A DNA stretch of 64,000 nucleotides from Phoronis australis (GCA_002633005.1 NMRA01000775.1:89467-153466); one strand, 5' to 3'. Positions 1 through 15,000 are shown, counted from the first letter of the stretch. Notes: generated from the sequence alone by a model not told the origin. A program made the numbers and translations.

Positions 1-335
1 CTCAGAATCATCAAACCTATCCGAAAATAAAAAGGTGTCGTCGGTTTCTTAATAGAAACCTATTTGCCAAATTTCATGAAAATCCATCAAATGAATTCTA
101 AAGACACACACTGAGGAAACCGTAAAAAAATAAAATTTCACTTGGGGGCACAGCGTTAGTCGGATCGGTCCAGAATTCATAGTCATCCGTTGCCAGTTTT
201 AAAGGAACACATCTGCCAAAACCCATTAGGAACCTGTGAGGGGTTTAAGAGATACAGTTGCAGAGGCCCGACACCTAGACAGAGATGACGGCAACATGAC
301 CCCACATACAAATATGTGGGGGCACAAAAAACTTG
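1..335 (+). repeat. 3' end of a HINE/Helentron-like composite repeat (same family as 48577-49870)
   Basis: Shares the CAAATTTCATGAAAATC and CACTTGGGGGCAC core with 48577-49870. Ends in a GACA-like tract, the hairpin CCCCACATA-caaa-TATGTGGGG and then GCACAAAAA. The family name is inferred from structure. Confidence 0.5.
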
Positions 336-445
336 AATATGTGTAACGAAGTTGATAACTGAGGGTCTCTGTGAATGCAATACCCAACCCTAAGTCGTTA
401 GCGACCATAAAGAATGCTATTAGCTTTACCATGCCTGAAACTCAC

Positions 446-3400
446 CTCATCATCATCAAAGGAACAGTACATAAAGTTGTCGAGGGTCGCCGTCGTTCCA
501 CGAACACATTCATACGTATTATTAACAGCATCCTCACATACACAATCGGGATGACAGTTCTATAGAAAAAAAATGAAAACTCAGTATCAACCTTTTTAAA
601 GGTGACCTATTTAAAAATAGGTCACATTTAAAGGCCTGTGGTGATATGTCAATTAAGTTTTGAGGCAAGTCACTTACAGGGGTCCTGTATTTTGAGGAGC
701 AGTTTGATGCCCGATAACCCAGCTGAGATCAGTTTTATGGCACTGCTGCGAGGGATCTAAGTTGAGATGTTTTTCCCATGGAACATGGATAATTAATGTA
801 TCCGTTTTAAACAGAATACCTTCATCAATTCCGTTAATTGTTTCCTTATCAACAACACCACATCTATTTATTAATAGGCATTAGGATTCCTTATTTTTAT
901 GACAAGATTAGCATAACATGCTTGCCCTAAAACAAATTTAGAACAAGGTTAAAACAATGTATACTATTAAATTGAGTTCATGTCACTGCTGACACACTAA
1001 GTTAATTATTTTTTGAGCTCTTTCATGTAATGATGCATAAATTAAAGGGACATACAAAGAGAAGTAATTTTTCACACACCGGCCTTGATTTCAGAGAATA
1101 TCTAATTAGTATAGACCAGAATTGGCGATTTGTAATAAAATCATAAAAACACAAAATCATCCAAATATGTTGTTTCATAGCTCTATTCAAGAGAAATCCC
1201 TTCAAAAAGTTTATCTCAGTCAACAATAATCACAAAACTGCATTTCCAGCCACAAAAACGATAATGTACCTTAAATAGATGTCCATTTTTGTAAACAAGT
1301 CAAAAAAGTTTTGTACAAGATAAATTTATAACATTACTGCTCTTACAGCCAATCCCTGGGTACCGGCACATCCTTTGTTCCTAAGGTAGTGTTCCCCGAA
1401 GTATTGCACTAAGAAGGTGTTCCTCCACCTGAGAGATTTATCATTAAGCAGAAGACTCTTGAAAGACATTCCGTCCATATCAGGCTGAAACTTGCCACCA
1501 GTAGCCAAGTCGATAAATGTGGGGGCAAGGTCTATATTGACAACCATTTCCTGGGATATCAGAAAAATGAAAACAGCATAAATGATCGTGGTCCGTGTTT
1601 TTCTTTTGAAAGGCACATTACTTATTGTCCATATAATTTTCAAGAAGAAGTAACCTTATATTTAAATAGTGAGGTGCGGGTTTCAAAGACCGGATCTACC
1701 TACGTTATTTCCGGTCTAATGAATTATAACCCTATAACAAAACCAACAGTAATTAAGCAAATAAGCTACACTTCAACAGTATCCATAAACGAATGTGATA
1801 TCAATACATGGCATGCAATTTTGTGCGTGGGTGTCTGACCCAGTTTTAGCCTATTGACAGAATGAACTTAACGACTTTCCCAACAGAACGAGGATTCATG
1901 AAATCACAAAAACGGGATTTAGCATACGATTATAAACAAATGGTCCAAAAATCAAAGTCCAAAAACATGATGTATGGGGTTTTATTGCTTAGTTGTTGGG
2001 AATTTTAACGAAATGAAAGTAGTTTTCCAAAAAGTTGAATGGTAAACAAATAGAGTTAAACACACTGTTCCAGGCTAGAAGCTAACAGACATTACTATGT
2101 ACAAAATGAAGATAAAAAGACTTAAGCCCCCTACATTTTGTTGATCTTTGCCATTTTCTTCAAGAACCACAATTTTTTGAACTCTTCCAAACATTTGACT
2201 TCAATAAACTGGGATAAGTTCTAAGCATTATTCCATCTATGAAAATGACCATGTAGAACATTCTGAATTGAACTATTTTATGACCTACTTAAAACTACTG
2301 AATCACCTTTCTCACTTGACCAGTCTTAATTCCAGGACCTCGGACCATCAAAGGAACCCTAATGTCAAACTCATACATTTGTCTCTTGTCGTTAGGGAGG
2401 GAAAATTGTCCTGCAATCAAAATAGTTTGACATCAAAGGAACATTTCAAAACTAAAAGAAAACTGTGCAACATGTAAAATGGAAAAATGTAATTCGTAAT
2501 TTTGATGCTCTGACTGTCCTCTGTCACAGTACCACTTGTGGAGGTAAGTGGCGCGTGAAAGGATGTTAAAATACATGCGTGGGCATCTTTGCATGATTTA
2601 GATGTTTGTCATGAACATAATATTCCAGGAATGATCTAGAAAAGTATGATGAATCATGATTTTAATTTATTTGATGCCTTGTTATTGTGAGTGTTACAAA
2701 ACACAAACTTGAGCGGAATGCACCGACTTAGTTGTTGATGTAGCAGTCGCAAGTCACAAAAGCATTTCTCAACAGATGGAGCAGACAGTATACATACATC
2801 AACACATTGGAATGTTAATGTCCAATCAATCGGAACATCCAAATAATGTTACTTTACTGTGTTAACCAATGAGAAGCCATCATGTAACATGCAATGCAAT
2901 GGTAACCTTGTGGCACTGGAAACGACTGTCCTAACTCAGTCATCATGGATTAAGTCGAACGTAAGGTTATTGGAGCTAAAAATTCTAAAAACGATAGTGC
3001 ATATAATGTAATTAACATGAAAGCACCATCATATCATAGAGAGCATATGGATGAGACAAACACAGTATTAACTATCATATGTCTGGATTCCAGTCATATC
3101 ATCTACGGCCAGTTTTTGAAAAAAATTATTTGCTGAAATCAGAAAAAAAATTGAAGCAAAAATTTCTGGCTAATTTCCAAATGATTCAAAGATTGTTTTT
3201 TGTTTTTCTTCTGAGTTTTTACCATATTTTCTAAGAAACCAGATGCATTTCATAAAAACTTTTTTTCAAAAACTGCAGTTGCAGCCTTTCCAAAGCTTAT
3301 TAACAATAACAGAAAGCCAGATTTTCTACCATGAACTTGAATTATAAGTTTAAATTCGTTAACTTAACTATGCAGTGCATAGCCTTATCATCCCTGCACA

Positions 3401-6400
3401 GAGAAGGAAGTGGAATTCCTGTAACTGTTTGTAACACATTTTAAACTTCATATTAAAAACATTTTGAATGCTTACCGAGATGAAATCCATTATCAGATGA
3501 AAAGAAAATATAAGTGTTGTCTAGGAGTTTGTTTTTACCAAGTGTACGTATTAGGTCTTCCACCATTTCATCTACACTGAGTAAGGTTCGCCATCTGAAA
3601 TGAAATCCTTGTTAAAATACATGTAGTATTACGTAGCATACCACCTTTTTCGTGAAACTATATGCAGTTTTTATTTTTGAGGCATTATAAACTATATGTG
3701 CCACTTAAAAGGACATAACAACTTGATTTTTAGTGGTGAAAAACACAATGGATTATTGTAGGATGAGAAACATTTCTTGACAGTATCAAATTTGATCAGA
3801 GCTATGAAGCCACAAAACTGGTAAATTAGTTTTTGTGAACAATTTTTTTTACAAAATCAACAATTTTTGTCATTGGCTGCCAGTCATTCATTGAAATCAA
3901 GGCTGGTGACATCTAAATGCGCTAGAATCTGCTATGGAGTGGGGTTAGCAAAGCATTGGACCACAACCACTACGGCCATGAGTTCTAATCTACCTCGGAG
4001 CTAAACACTTTTCTTGTCCACAAGATCAAAGACTCATACACAGCGCTAACAATCTTAACACGGAAGGCACTGTACACAAAGAACCTCTGACGAAAGCTGG
4101 AAGGACATTGAATCTATTGATAACCAAGACCAAAGCTTAAAAATAACCAAAACAACTTGGTTAACAAAAACTAACATGATTCAGATCACATTGCCAAGCC
4201 TTAAAACCAGAAGAAATTTAAACCACAGAGACACCCAAACCTCAAAGCAAGTGACTAATTGTCTGCCAGGAGCCTGTTCCAAGAAAACTGACTTGGCTAA
4301 GACAAATTAATCTTAAACTTCAGTCAAAAAAGATAAAACTTGAATTTGTCTCAAGTTCATGTCAAGAAAGAGATCTCAAGTTTGACTTAAGTTTTGACTT
4401 AATAAGTTCTGTCTAAATTTTGATTAGTCCAGGTGAGACATTTTCAAAGTTGAGACAAATCTAAGGCTTAAGTCAAAAATCAACTTAAAGTCAGTTTCTT
4501 GGAGCTGGCCCCAGTACTTTAAAAGACACTAATCCCTTGCAGCTGGTGTTATTTTTGTCCAGAAATAGATTTTTTGTTATCAGACGCATAATGGCTGTCA
4601 TTTACTGGTCATAAACAGGTAGTAAACAACTGCGCCCTCTTGTGTAGAAAGTAATCTTCAGCCAGTATGCTACTTGTACCATTAAATCCTGACCAGAAGA
4701 CAACACAATAATTTTGGAGTTGGAAATATAGTGCTAATCCAAGAGTCACAGTGGAATTTTGGACGCGCGGTTTAAAAACAGAAACCGCATTTAATGAACA
4801 AAAATGTGGGTGTTTCACACTGTTTTGGTGAAAGACTCGACTTTATAAAATGGCAGAAAATTCACAAGTTTGCGATGGCCCTTTTACAAAAGAGAGACAG
4901 ATTATTGAGGCATTCCTTTACATTACCACCAAGTTGATTATGCAGTGAAGCTCAGGAGACTAACAAAAAGGCTTCGGGAGCCGCTTGTGTGAAGGCCACT
5001 TTTGAGACAACTTACATTTAGAGCAGTACCTCTTAAACTAAAAAAGAAAAGGAAAATTAAATGGAAAACCAAACTGCAAAAACGAGAATAAAATTAGTGC
5101 ATTTCCCCTACCACAACATTGTCTCAGTTGACACATCTGTAGCATTCGATAACTGGTAGTTAGGTTCCTGCATGGCTTAAATCATTCTCAATTATTTTGC
5201 AGCTTGTAGTCCTGATTTTAAGAGCAATTACAGCTACATAATCATGTGATCAATGTTTTCACAATTACCGATTGAAGTCAACTCACCTGTTCCTAAATGC
5301 ATCATCTAAATAAGTGACAGAAATGTTTGACAGAGGATTTGCAGCACGGCGAATCAACCAATGCTTGTCCTGAAATCATTCAGATCAAATTGATGAAACC
5401 AAGACACTGCAGTACAGTTCCTTATATAATGTGTCATGAAGTGGTTAGATTTTCCTTTCAGTTGGTACTACACAGCTTTTCAGTCAAAACAATGTTGGGC
5501 ACCTCGTTCAAGTATGTAGACAAGAAAAATGTGCAGTTTAAAAATCGTCATCTGCTCCAAGAATGGCAAACCAGGGAACTTAAAACACATGTTTTACTTA
5601 AGCCACATAGAATCCAAAAAGAGCCCCCCCCCATGAGGAGGACTTCAGATTTTCCCCAGGCTTTCTCTTCATAGAAGTTACACCAGATTGAGCTTACTTT
5701 GCCGTGCACATTATAACTTCCATTGCGAGGAGCTTGACACTGTGAGAAATTAGCTTCATGTTGTGGTGCAGGTGTGAACGGGGCATGACAGGCCGGAGTG
5801 GACAACATCATGAAGAAAGGTTGTCTGCTCTGTTCACTGGTGAGAAACTTTGTCGCCTTTTGATGCTAGATTACAAAATGCAAGATATTAAACAGTGATA
5901 TAACTTTGGTACTTAACTCCAAATGACCTCCACTGCATACAGTACTTGGAAAGCACCGTAATGTGCATTTTTAAAAAGTTGATGATAAATTAATATTCTC
6001 ATCGAAAATAGAAGGAGGACCAACGCAAATATTCCATGCTAATGTATTGTTGACAACAATTGTATATTTGAATTTTTAAGAGGCCAAAGAATTCATTTTC
6101 TCATACATGTCGATGTTCGAAATTCATAATGCTGAATGCTGAAACATTAAAAAATTCGATTATCATACTTATTATGAACACATGGAATGACCTGGTGGAA
6201 TGAGTGTTCACTTCCATTACTGAAGGTCATGGGTTCGAGTCCCTCTGGGGCAAATGGCTAGACCCATGAGTCATATCTCTAGCTCTTCAGCTAAGTTTAT
6301 AATTATTAATAAAGCCTAAATTTTCAAATGGTTTCCGGGGATCAGTGTAATAGGCCCACCTGAGTGGCCTCCACACATCTTGTACAATGTCTACCAGACC

Positions 6401-9400
6401 ACTTGCAATTATTTTTAAATAACGTTATTGAAAATTCAAAATATTAGCTTCTGATACATGTAGTACTGTCGAGCGTTTTTAAATACAGTAACTGAGAAAT
6501 GTTTCAAGCAGCCCTTGTCTTAATTTGAGTATTCTAATTTGTTAAGTCAAAATGACTGCTAAGAAAATAACCAACGAGGCTTTACCAAGATTAAGATGTC
6601 TGCTTCATGCAACACACGTTTTCTAGCTTAAAAACCCAAGCACAAAATTAATAAATTACTGAAAAACGGAGATAGATTAAAATGTGGCACCTACAAATCA
6701 CTTATCATTTGCAGACCTAAGATGTCGCAAGAAGTAGGGAACAATTGCAATTTTCTGAAAGATGAAATGTTTGTGATACCCTAAAAATGGCATGCATGCA
6801 CAGTTCCATTTTTGGAAGGTAGGTGGCAGGACGCGGCCATAAAGCACCCTAAATCTGTCAATGCTTCAATAATTGAAAATGATTTTCCTTAAAAAAAAGA
6901 AGCAATGAGTGTCAGAGATTCGAGCCTTACAATGACATGAGTGAGATAATCTTGAGAGTAATTACTGTCGTGTCTTTCAGCTTTCCCATTCGCAGATAAG
7001 ACATAGTCATAGTAAACAGAATTACCAACCTGAAATAAAAGAAATTCATAGCGTGAATAGAGCGTTAGTCAGGGGTTGCATTTTGTGCTTAACGAATGAT
7101 CAACGACAAAGCTTACAAAAAAAATCCGCTAGCCATTTTTCCACATGTATTTGCATTTATTTACTCAGCGATAAAATCTCAAGTCTACATCACAAATATA
7201 AGCAGTTTAGTGTCGTTTCCAGATGACAGCTCTCGGTAAATTGAGATTTCAATCTTGTCCATATGGAGATATCTACCTTGTCTATAAACAAGCGTCTGCA
7301 CAATCGTCTGCTCTGTATTATTTATCAAACTTCAGTGAGTATCTTGTGCTCAACTCAAAAGTGTATCATGATCACAAAAATAGACTACCCTGACCCAAGT
7401 AGAGAAATCTAATGGTACTTTTCAACCCTGCTTTTGTTTAGAATATTAATCATATGACCAATGAACTGGAGAAATTTCTAACGAGCATTATGGTTTTGAC
7501 ACTGAATTTAAAGTGGCATTTAGTCTTTACTACAGGCATTCATCACAATAAAGAACCTCCACCGTGTCACAACCAAGTTCTTGGCCAATGGCATGTGCAT
7601 CAGTTTACAGGTCTGTTAATGAGGAACAAAAGTTCCTACCAGTCCATTCCAGTAATCCCATCCAGGAGGGATGTGTTGAGGGCCACCAGTTCTCTTAAAG
7701 CCGTACTACAAGAAAAGAGAACAAGCCAATAAATATATTAAAGTCTTCTTTAAGAACTTAATAACACTTTAAAATTACATAAAGCAATTTGATAGACACC
7801 TCTCACTCTAAAGGTCTTGGGTTAACCTACATCACACTGCTAGACAGCTTAATATTTGAGGAAAGGTGTGTGACTTTCGAGTATGACAATGTTCACCTCA
7901 TCACCAAGGCAACTGGCCATGAAACAGCCACCTTTCCAAGCAGCCCATTACGTAGAGTACCTCTTCTATGGGAGCATAGCCCCAGGTTATCATCATGCAG
8001 TTCATTCTCAATAATCACCATGGGAGGCCTACCAAATTATAGATGTTGATAGTGGGGTGGTTAGGGGCAAATGCAGGAAGGTTCAGTGCCTGAATGTTGT
8101 AAGCAATACCGTCAAATGCACCACGGCTAACAAAAACTGCCAAATATCCACTCAGCACCCGTACCAGTGTTAATACATATTCTACTCTTACATGTATTTT
8201 ACTTTTTTCACTTGTATTTTTCAACCGTTTATTCACTTATATCAAGCCTTGTTTAAGTAGATATGCTATGAACCCAAAACAAAGGGTTTTACCCTAAGAA
8301 CAAATACAAAACAGTGATTTTCAAAGACGATAGGATATGAAGCTTTTCATGTCATGAAAACGAAATTATGCATGAGGAAAAATTACATGTGGTACCTGAT
8401 TTAGATATTTTCCAGCAAAGAATGTGGTGTAGTTGTGCTTCTTTAACTGTGCAGCAAAACTTCTCATCTCAGGTCCTTTCTGGAAGTCAGAACCACTGCA
8501 CCCCCCACTGACCGAGTTGTTACGCACCCCTATGTTGTGAATGTAACGACCCGTCAAGATGCTGCTCCGGCTTGGACAACATAATGGTGTGGAGACAAAC
8601 TGGAGAACGAGGTGTGTACAAATGATTAGTAGTTAACACATATCAACAAGCTGCTGCACTTTTTCTCTTAGAACAAAGAATGAGATTTATTTACAACATA
8701 ACAATTTTTTTCCAAGAGGTCGGAGTGCGGAGTGAAATAAACAGCAATGTCAGAAATATCGCAAAGCCAATGTATGAAGTGAATAAAAATTTAAAAACAA
8801 AATTTGTGGTATTTTTACTTCTGAGGTATTGTGTTTTTTTCGCAGGTACTGTCGGACACATAAATTGTCAATATGGACCTCATTTCATGAAACCATTGTA
8901 GTCTTAACATAGACCAAGATAACAATGCTGTCATTCTATCATGTCATGTTGTGCTTACTGAACAATGTGGTTGATGTGATTCCAACGATCAAGCTTGAGA
9001 TTTAAAGAGGCCTGAAACGCGAAAAAATAAACTAACCGTAAATTATCCAGAGTGGTTCCCTGCCACTAAACAGAATTCAACCTGTTCACCAAGCATTTCT
9101 ACGGTTTGTTTGTACAAATTTTGAATTTGTGTTGATGACAAAGGATTTTTCTCTTAGTTTCAAATTTCAAAAAAATGATCTGTCAACTGCTCACCACTTC
9201 ATCACTTTTTCTCCCTCAAGACAAAGCACGTCTCCTTATTTGGTAAGGCAAGACATAGACGTAGCACATTTCCCTTATATGGAAATATATATCTCTGAAC
9301 TAAATTGGTGTAAACATCTTGAAACAATGGCGACTTCAAGCAGCAGCCAGTCAAAATAAGAGGCAGCTGATGTGAGTTCTATCTGTTTAAATAACTTATA

Positions 9401-11927
9401 AAGAAATCATGCCATTCAAATACTAAAATATATTTATTTTAAAGCACTTGGAATTCGTTATCGGATATCCCTTGCCTCACTGGTTTGCCTCATGTTGTGC
9501 TATCAACCTCAGATTTGGAGTGTGAGCACACATGATAATCTGCTGTTAATATCCATGTCATTACTCAACTGCTTGTTGATGACTGCCAGCGCATACGTAC
9601 ATAAGCGGGAGAGAGATTAGAAACTCTGTGGTGACTACAGAGTTTTTCCTTAAGCATGTAATTTTAAAAAATCTTGAATTGTGTGACTTTTCTGGAAATT
9701 CCCTCACAGGGGAAAGTGAAGAACTCTGTAGCAGACTTTGTGAGATGCTACTTTCATAAGGAATTGCTTAAAAGATATTTTTGAAGAGCTTTTGCGTTCC
9801 ATGCCTCTTTAATAAACTTTCATGAAACAGAGCCATGGTGTGATAAAGTATGGCTGTGCTAAATAGAAAGAAAAAATTGTGGCTGTTGCACCATGTTCAA
9901 ATTAACAGAAAATTAAAGTTTTTGTTAATAAATGTGGGTGTGCCACAAATTAGAATACGCGATTTTTGTAGAGTGACCGTAATATGGGTAATTAGTGAAG
10001 GACTTTCGTCATGTGCAACAAGCAGCCCCTACTTTTGGTGAAATTATTTACCGTTTGGCAACCTAGAATTTTGCCAGAGTTGAGCACTACATTTTGAAAA
10101 GAGTGAAGAATCAAACACTCAAGAAATACTCACCATGTTTTGAAAGATAACACCAGCATCTCCTATCAGCTTTTTAGTTTTGGTCATGGGATTCTGGAAT
10201 GTAACAGTCGAAATCAGAAAAAAATGTTGAAATATTCACTTTTTGATGGAATCTCTGCTTAAAACAGACAAGGAATAGTGAACAGACTTGGTGTAATACA
10301 GTGGACACCATGCAACCAGAAAAATGGCAGACACAAACATTTTGTGCTAAACTCCCACACAGTGCTAAATTCCCTGAAGCCAGTAATTAGATGATAATTA
10401 TTATTAAAGTGCAAAATCTCAATCGCTGACCAGGACCTGGAAATGCAGAGGATGTGGTGCATTTCAAGAGCCCCCCCCAGGAGGGGGGAGGGTAACTGCA
10501 GGATTGATAACCACAGCAACAGTTGTTCCTGAACATAGAATTAGGCTTACTATTTCAAGCTATGCTATTTAAAACTAAAAGGGAGTGGACCATAAACCCT
10601 TTGATAAAATGTGTTTACTAACACAGTCCAATTGGGACAGTTACAGGCTTTAAAGAGTAATTCAAAAAACAACTACTTTCAGAGAGTGGCCTTGCATGTC
10701 AATTTAAAAAGGTCTCTTGTGTATGAACGACACAGATGATTTACAATCTCCTGCAAAATTTTAAGCCACTATGCATACTAAAAGTTACCCCCATATCCAA
10801 AACAAATCTCAAGATCACGAATACATGAGTGAAATTGGAATTATATTTTCATTGAAGGAATCAGGTGAAACATGTTGCTCAGTAAAAAGAACAATCTAGT
10901 TTGTAAATTTTATTCAGCCAACAATCACCCATTTTCTCCGTTACCGGAAATTAGGCATCCCAGAATCGGAGAAATGTGTGAATGGTTAATTAACTATTGT
11001 TAGTAGAATAAGATTATCAATAATCGATACAAATAACAGTTGGCTACTGCGAGAATGTAACCGATTCCATCAACATGTGATTTGATTAAGGTGCATTCCA
11101 CAGTATTGGTTTTGTTACAGATGTGACATTCAGACACTTTAAATTCCAATATAAAATTAGTGAAACATCACAGTAGTAAGAAATTTTAAGTACACATTAC
11201 ACACTTGATGGAAGCTTTTCAGGTATCAAAAGTTTTTAATTCTGCACATTATAAGTGTACTAAAATTNCATGATTATTTGAGTGAACTTTAGTCCCTAGT
11301 CAACAAACAGTATTCCAGGTTTGCACTGGCTCATACATGATCTTGAGATCAAGCGGAATTCTAAATTCAATACATTTGAGAGCTTCTTTTGAACTGTTAA
11401 AAATATCTCCAGTATACACCACATAAGTACAGGGAGTAATTACATAGCGACAAAACTGGCCTTGAAGTCATGCAGATATGTGTCAGATTAGTATGGCACA
11501 GTTCACAACCGTACCGCTACATGACATATTTGATGATCGCTATGATTGACTGTTGCATCAGCATTATTCACTGGCTGACCTTCATTGGAGGGGGGGGGGG
11601 TAAGCAACAGGTAATCAAGTGTGCCACATAGCAGCAAAGTTGGGAAATTTTGACCAAACTTTCGTTGCATCTATGTCGCTGTGTAATAATGTTCGCACTA
11701 CTCTGTTCTTTACCTATGGTGTATAGTAGAGGCATGTTCTAACAAATCGAAACAAGCTCCCACTAACTTCTCAGTAGTATAGCCTACTCTGTCTCTGGGC
11801 GTACCATTCCTCCTAAAACAACATCTTGGTCATCAGTCAAAATGAAAATAATGTTAGGGGAAGAAGACGTGTGCTTAGTTAACAACACTGTAACGAGTAA
11901 TGCAAAACAATGAATCGACGGCATCAT
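446..11927 (-). CDS. GNS: N-acetylglucosamine-6-sulfatase (GNS-like lysosomal sulfatase), 3'-partial, 11 exons in window
   Basis: Exons in transcript order: 11927-11805, 10193-10134, 8599-8396, 7705-7640, 7029-6931, 5865-5698, 5369-5287, 3594-3476, 2410-2307, 1550-1347, 559-446. All are GT-AG and phase-compatible (448 codons). Signal-peptide-like start [16 protein letters not shown], then [12 protein letters not shown], the formylglycine motif [62 protein letters not shown] and the GNS-type [16 protein letters not shown]. The gene continues past the left edge. Confidence 0.93.
4270..4511. mobile_element. PIF/Harbinger-like MITE
   Basis: Imperfect TIRs GAGCCTGTTCCAAGAAAACTGACTT / AAGTCAGTTTCTTGGAGCTGGCCC, with CAG on both flanks (3-bp TSD). 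Confidence 0.65.
6185..6415 (+). mobile_element. tRNA-derived SINE, degenerate copy
   Basis: B-box GGTTCGAGTCC at ~6232; the body aligns by eye with the reverse complement of 52018-52246. Confidence 0.6.
9006..9808. mobile_element. Kolobok-like non-autonomous DNA transposon
   Basis: TTAA|AGAGGCCTGAAACGCGAAAA ... TTTTGCGTTCCATGCCTCT|TTAA: TIRs with a TTAA target duplication. Confidence 0.65.
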
Positions 11928-12074
11928 AAATTTGAATGAGCTCAGGCCGCGCTGTGCTGTATCACTTTTTCATGCTGTCCGCCAGATTCCACTTCCGTAA
12001 ACAAAGTTCCTGACGTTAGGGTTGTTTTTGGCGCTGCACTACATTTTTGTCTACTAGAGGTCACTTATTTCAAA
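11928..12074. promoter_or_regulatory. Bidirectional promoter / 5' UTRs shared by GNS and ZNF277
   Basis: The divergent ATGs at 11927(-) and 12075(+) are 147 bp apart. Contains ETS-like CCACTTCCG (11989), GTAAACA (11997), CRE-like TGACGTTA (12011) and YY1-like CAAAATGGC over the ZNF277 start. Confidence 0.75.
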
Positions 12075-15000
12075 ATGGCAGAAAAAGAAAGTTTTGGTGC
12101 AAGAGGTAATACATTTATTGTTACTTTTACTCATGTATTGTGATTTTCACCGTAAATGAGTTGGTAGGATGTAAATTGTCGAGGCACTGGTCGTATATAG
12201 CGGTCTCTGATGTAGAGAACTAGGCATTCACTGGATAACGGGCCCGTTACTTAGTGGATGAAGCTGGTTCTCAAGTCTAAATCAAGCCTCAAGGTCAAGC
12301 CTCAAGGACCACTATATCCTACCAGCGCCAATTGTCGATGCTGAAAAGTGTAAGAAGTCCACACCAGCACAGTGCCACTGCCAGTGTCATTGCAAGTCAG
12401 GGCACTGGTCGGATATAGCCGTCAAAATCAGGTACTGCCATATCCGACCAGTGCCGCAAGTCAATGCAAGTGCCGTGGCAATGTGAATGTCAATAATGTC
12501 ACAAGAGCTTATGTCGCTCTTTTTGGCACATTCTTTTCATTCATAAAACTTCTTGCTTTCCAGTTGTATTGCGATCTACCAGAAGTCGCAGGGCTCGATG
12601 CTATTGTTGTGTTAGTATGGTTGCAGCTACTGCTACGTCGCATTTTGCGACCTAGCCAAAATCCGAGGTTGCATTTTCAAAATCCAGATCGCATTCATAA
12701 ATGCCAGGTCGCAAAATTTTCCCGCCATTTTTATGCACCAAAATTGGTTTTTTAGATTTTAGATCATCAAGAAAATGTTTAGATTATGCTCTTACCTGCA
12801 GCGTTAAATACTCACAAATTTCAGATCCCAAAATTGACTTCCTTCATGCAGGTACGGCGTTACTGTTCTTCATGACGGCCATTGAAAGGCTCTAGAGCAC
12901 AAGGCAAGTTGCCGATTTGAATTTTGAATTAGTGCTCTCTAACTGACACGTGCATTCGAGAAGTTGATCGCTTAAGAATTAATAGAAACACCGCTGCTTT
13001 GTGACGTTTTATCACGTGTTATGCAGTGGCCCGAAAGTTTCTTCAGCGAATCTGGAAATTTGCAAAAGTGGCCGAAAATGTTAGCCAATGAAACGTGTCA
13101 AAGATCGATTCTGCATATCCTGCGTTCACGCAACTTACTTATAAGTCATTGGGAGGGCTGTTCTCAGTTAGTTCTTTTGAACTTGGATTTGGCAACAACC
13201 AAATAATGGTCGGATTATCAAGAGTTGCTTTATATTTGCCAGGTATCTGCTGAGAGGCATAAAACTTAGCTCACATTCGTTGAAAATTCCAGGTCGCATT
13301 TTGCGACTTGACACGAGCTGACAAAAATCTCATCTCGCATTTCCAAATTTCAGGTCTCAAATGCTACCTGCAGCTCGTTATGTCGAACCCTGGACTACGA
13401 GTTTACATGACGCTATTGTCAATCAACTGGCAACCCTGTGATTGGCTGCTAGCCTTGTGATTGTCATTAACAATGGAATTTGACCTAAACAGCAGCCAGT
13501 TTTGGGGTTCCGAGGTAGTGTCATGCAGGCAATTGTCTGCTCATAAGCTGGTTGATTTTGAAATTATATTGAAATGAAGTAATATTTACTGATTGTGTAG
13601 CTACATCTGCTGACATTACTGCTGAAGATGACCACTAATCCCACGATCCTTTGACATCTCACTTTCCGTAACCTATGAGCAGTGAACTGATCTGGACCCT
13701 GAGAGCCACCATCTGGATCAATGACAATACCAGCATAAGTGTATAATCAGTATAAAAATATGTCTTTTCAGAAACTCCTGTTTTGGAAAGTCTTCTCTTG
13801 CCAAGTTTTGACCAAGCAGTGACGTCAGAAGAGACCAGGTCGCCTGATGTCGAATGCCTGTTATGTGCACGGAGGTTTCCAGTTGGAGTCTGGGAAAAAG
13901 ACGTCTTCCTCAAGCACCTACTGGATGAACACAAGTTTGTCATCGGTGACGTGAACCAAGTGACTCATTTAGAAAGGTCTGTAATTATTCTACACTGTTC
14001 TCCTCAATCGCAACTTCAAATTTGATGGCAATTTTGAAATGTTCTGAAATCTGTGTTCATGCTATGATGGACTGCTATCTAAAGCCTAGGAATCTATATT
14101 ATTCTGAACTGGTGTCAAATGTTCATATTGTCCAAATGACTAACTTCCCAGGATTATGAAGTCTTTTTTTAAACATTAGGCAGATGAGCCAAGCTCGATG
14201 CAGCTGAATAAAAACTCATTTCCCGGACGAGTCATAAGAAATCGTGGAGAACCCTAGACAGATGTTTCTACTTTTTATGTTTACTTCTGAGACTTGTTTT
14301 AAATTTGTATTAAACAAGGGTCTCTATCATGAAGAGTGGCTTATGAAGCCAGAAATTTTGTCTTTGGCTTCACATTATTGATGGAAAATGCTTAAATCTC
14401 AATTTGGCAAAAGTACAAAGTCTGTGAGAATATATCTGTTACTCAGATAATTTGTTATGAATATTCACATTAATTAAAACTTTATTGTGAAGTGGAAGCA
14501 TAAAACCAAGTTTTTGTCTTTTAAGACTTAAAAGTCCTCAGTCACACTTTGTGGAACAGACCCCAAGTGAAAACATTGTGCAGCGTTAAGATGAACTATA
14601 GGTTTTGACCGTTAGTCTTTTTGTTTCTAGATACGTGAGTTATTGGCGATCACGGTTCAAAAATCAACCTCTTTCATCTTACTGCGCTGTAATAAAGACC
14701 AACAGTCTAGAGACCGATATCGGTAGGTACAACCCATTCTGGTCTGATACGAATTCAGGCTGATATCAAATAGTAATCAATGTGATGCCAGTGTAATCAT
14801 CATTCATACCATCAGCCATGGAAATCCTCTTTGGATAATTTACTACTGTTCAGTCATAAGGAATCAATAAATTATCACAATAGGGTTGTACCAGATTACA
14901 GGACGATGGAACTCTTCTTTGTCCTGGAGGTGAGAAAGTGCGTGACCTAGTTTTGGAAATCGGGCACATTGTCGTGTCTCTCATGGTAAAGAATTTCAGA

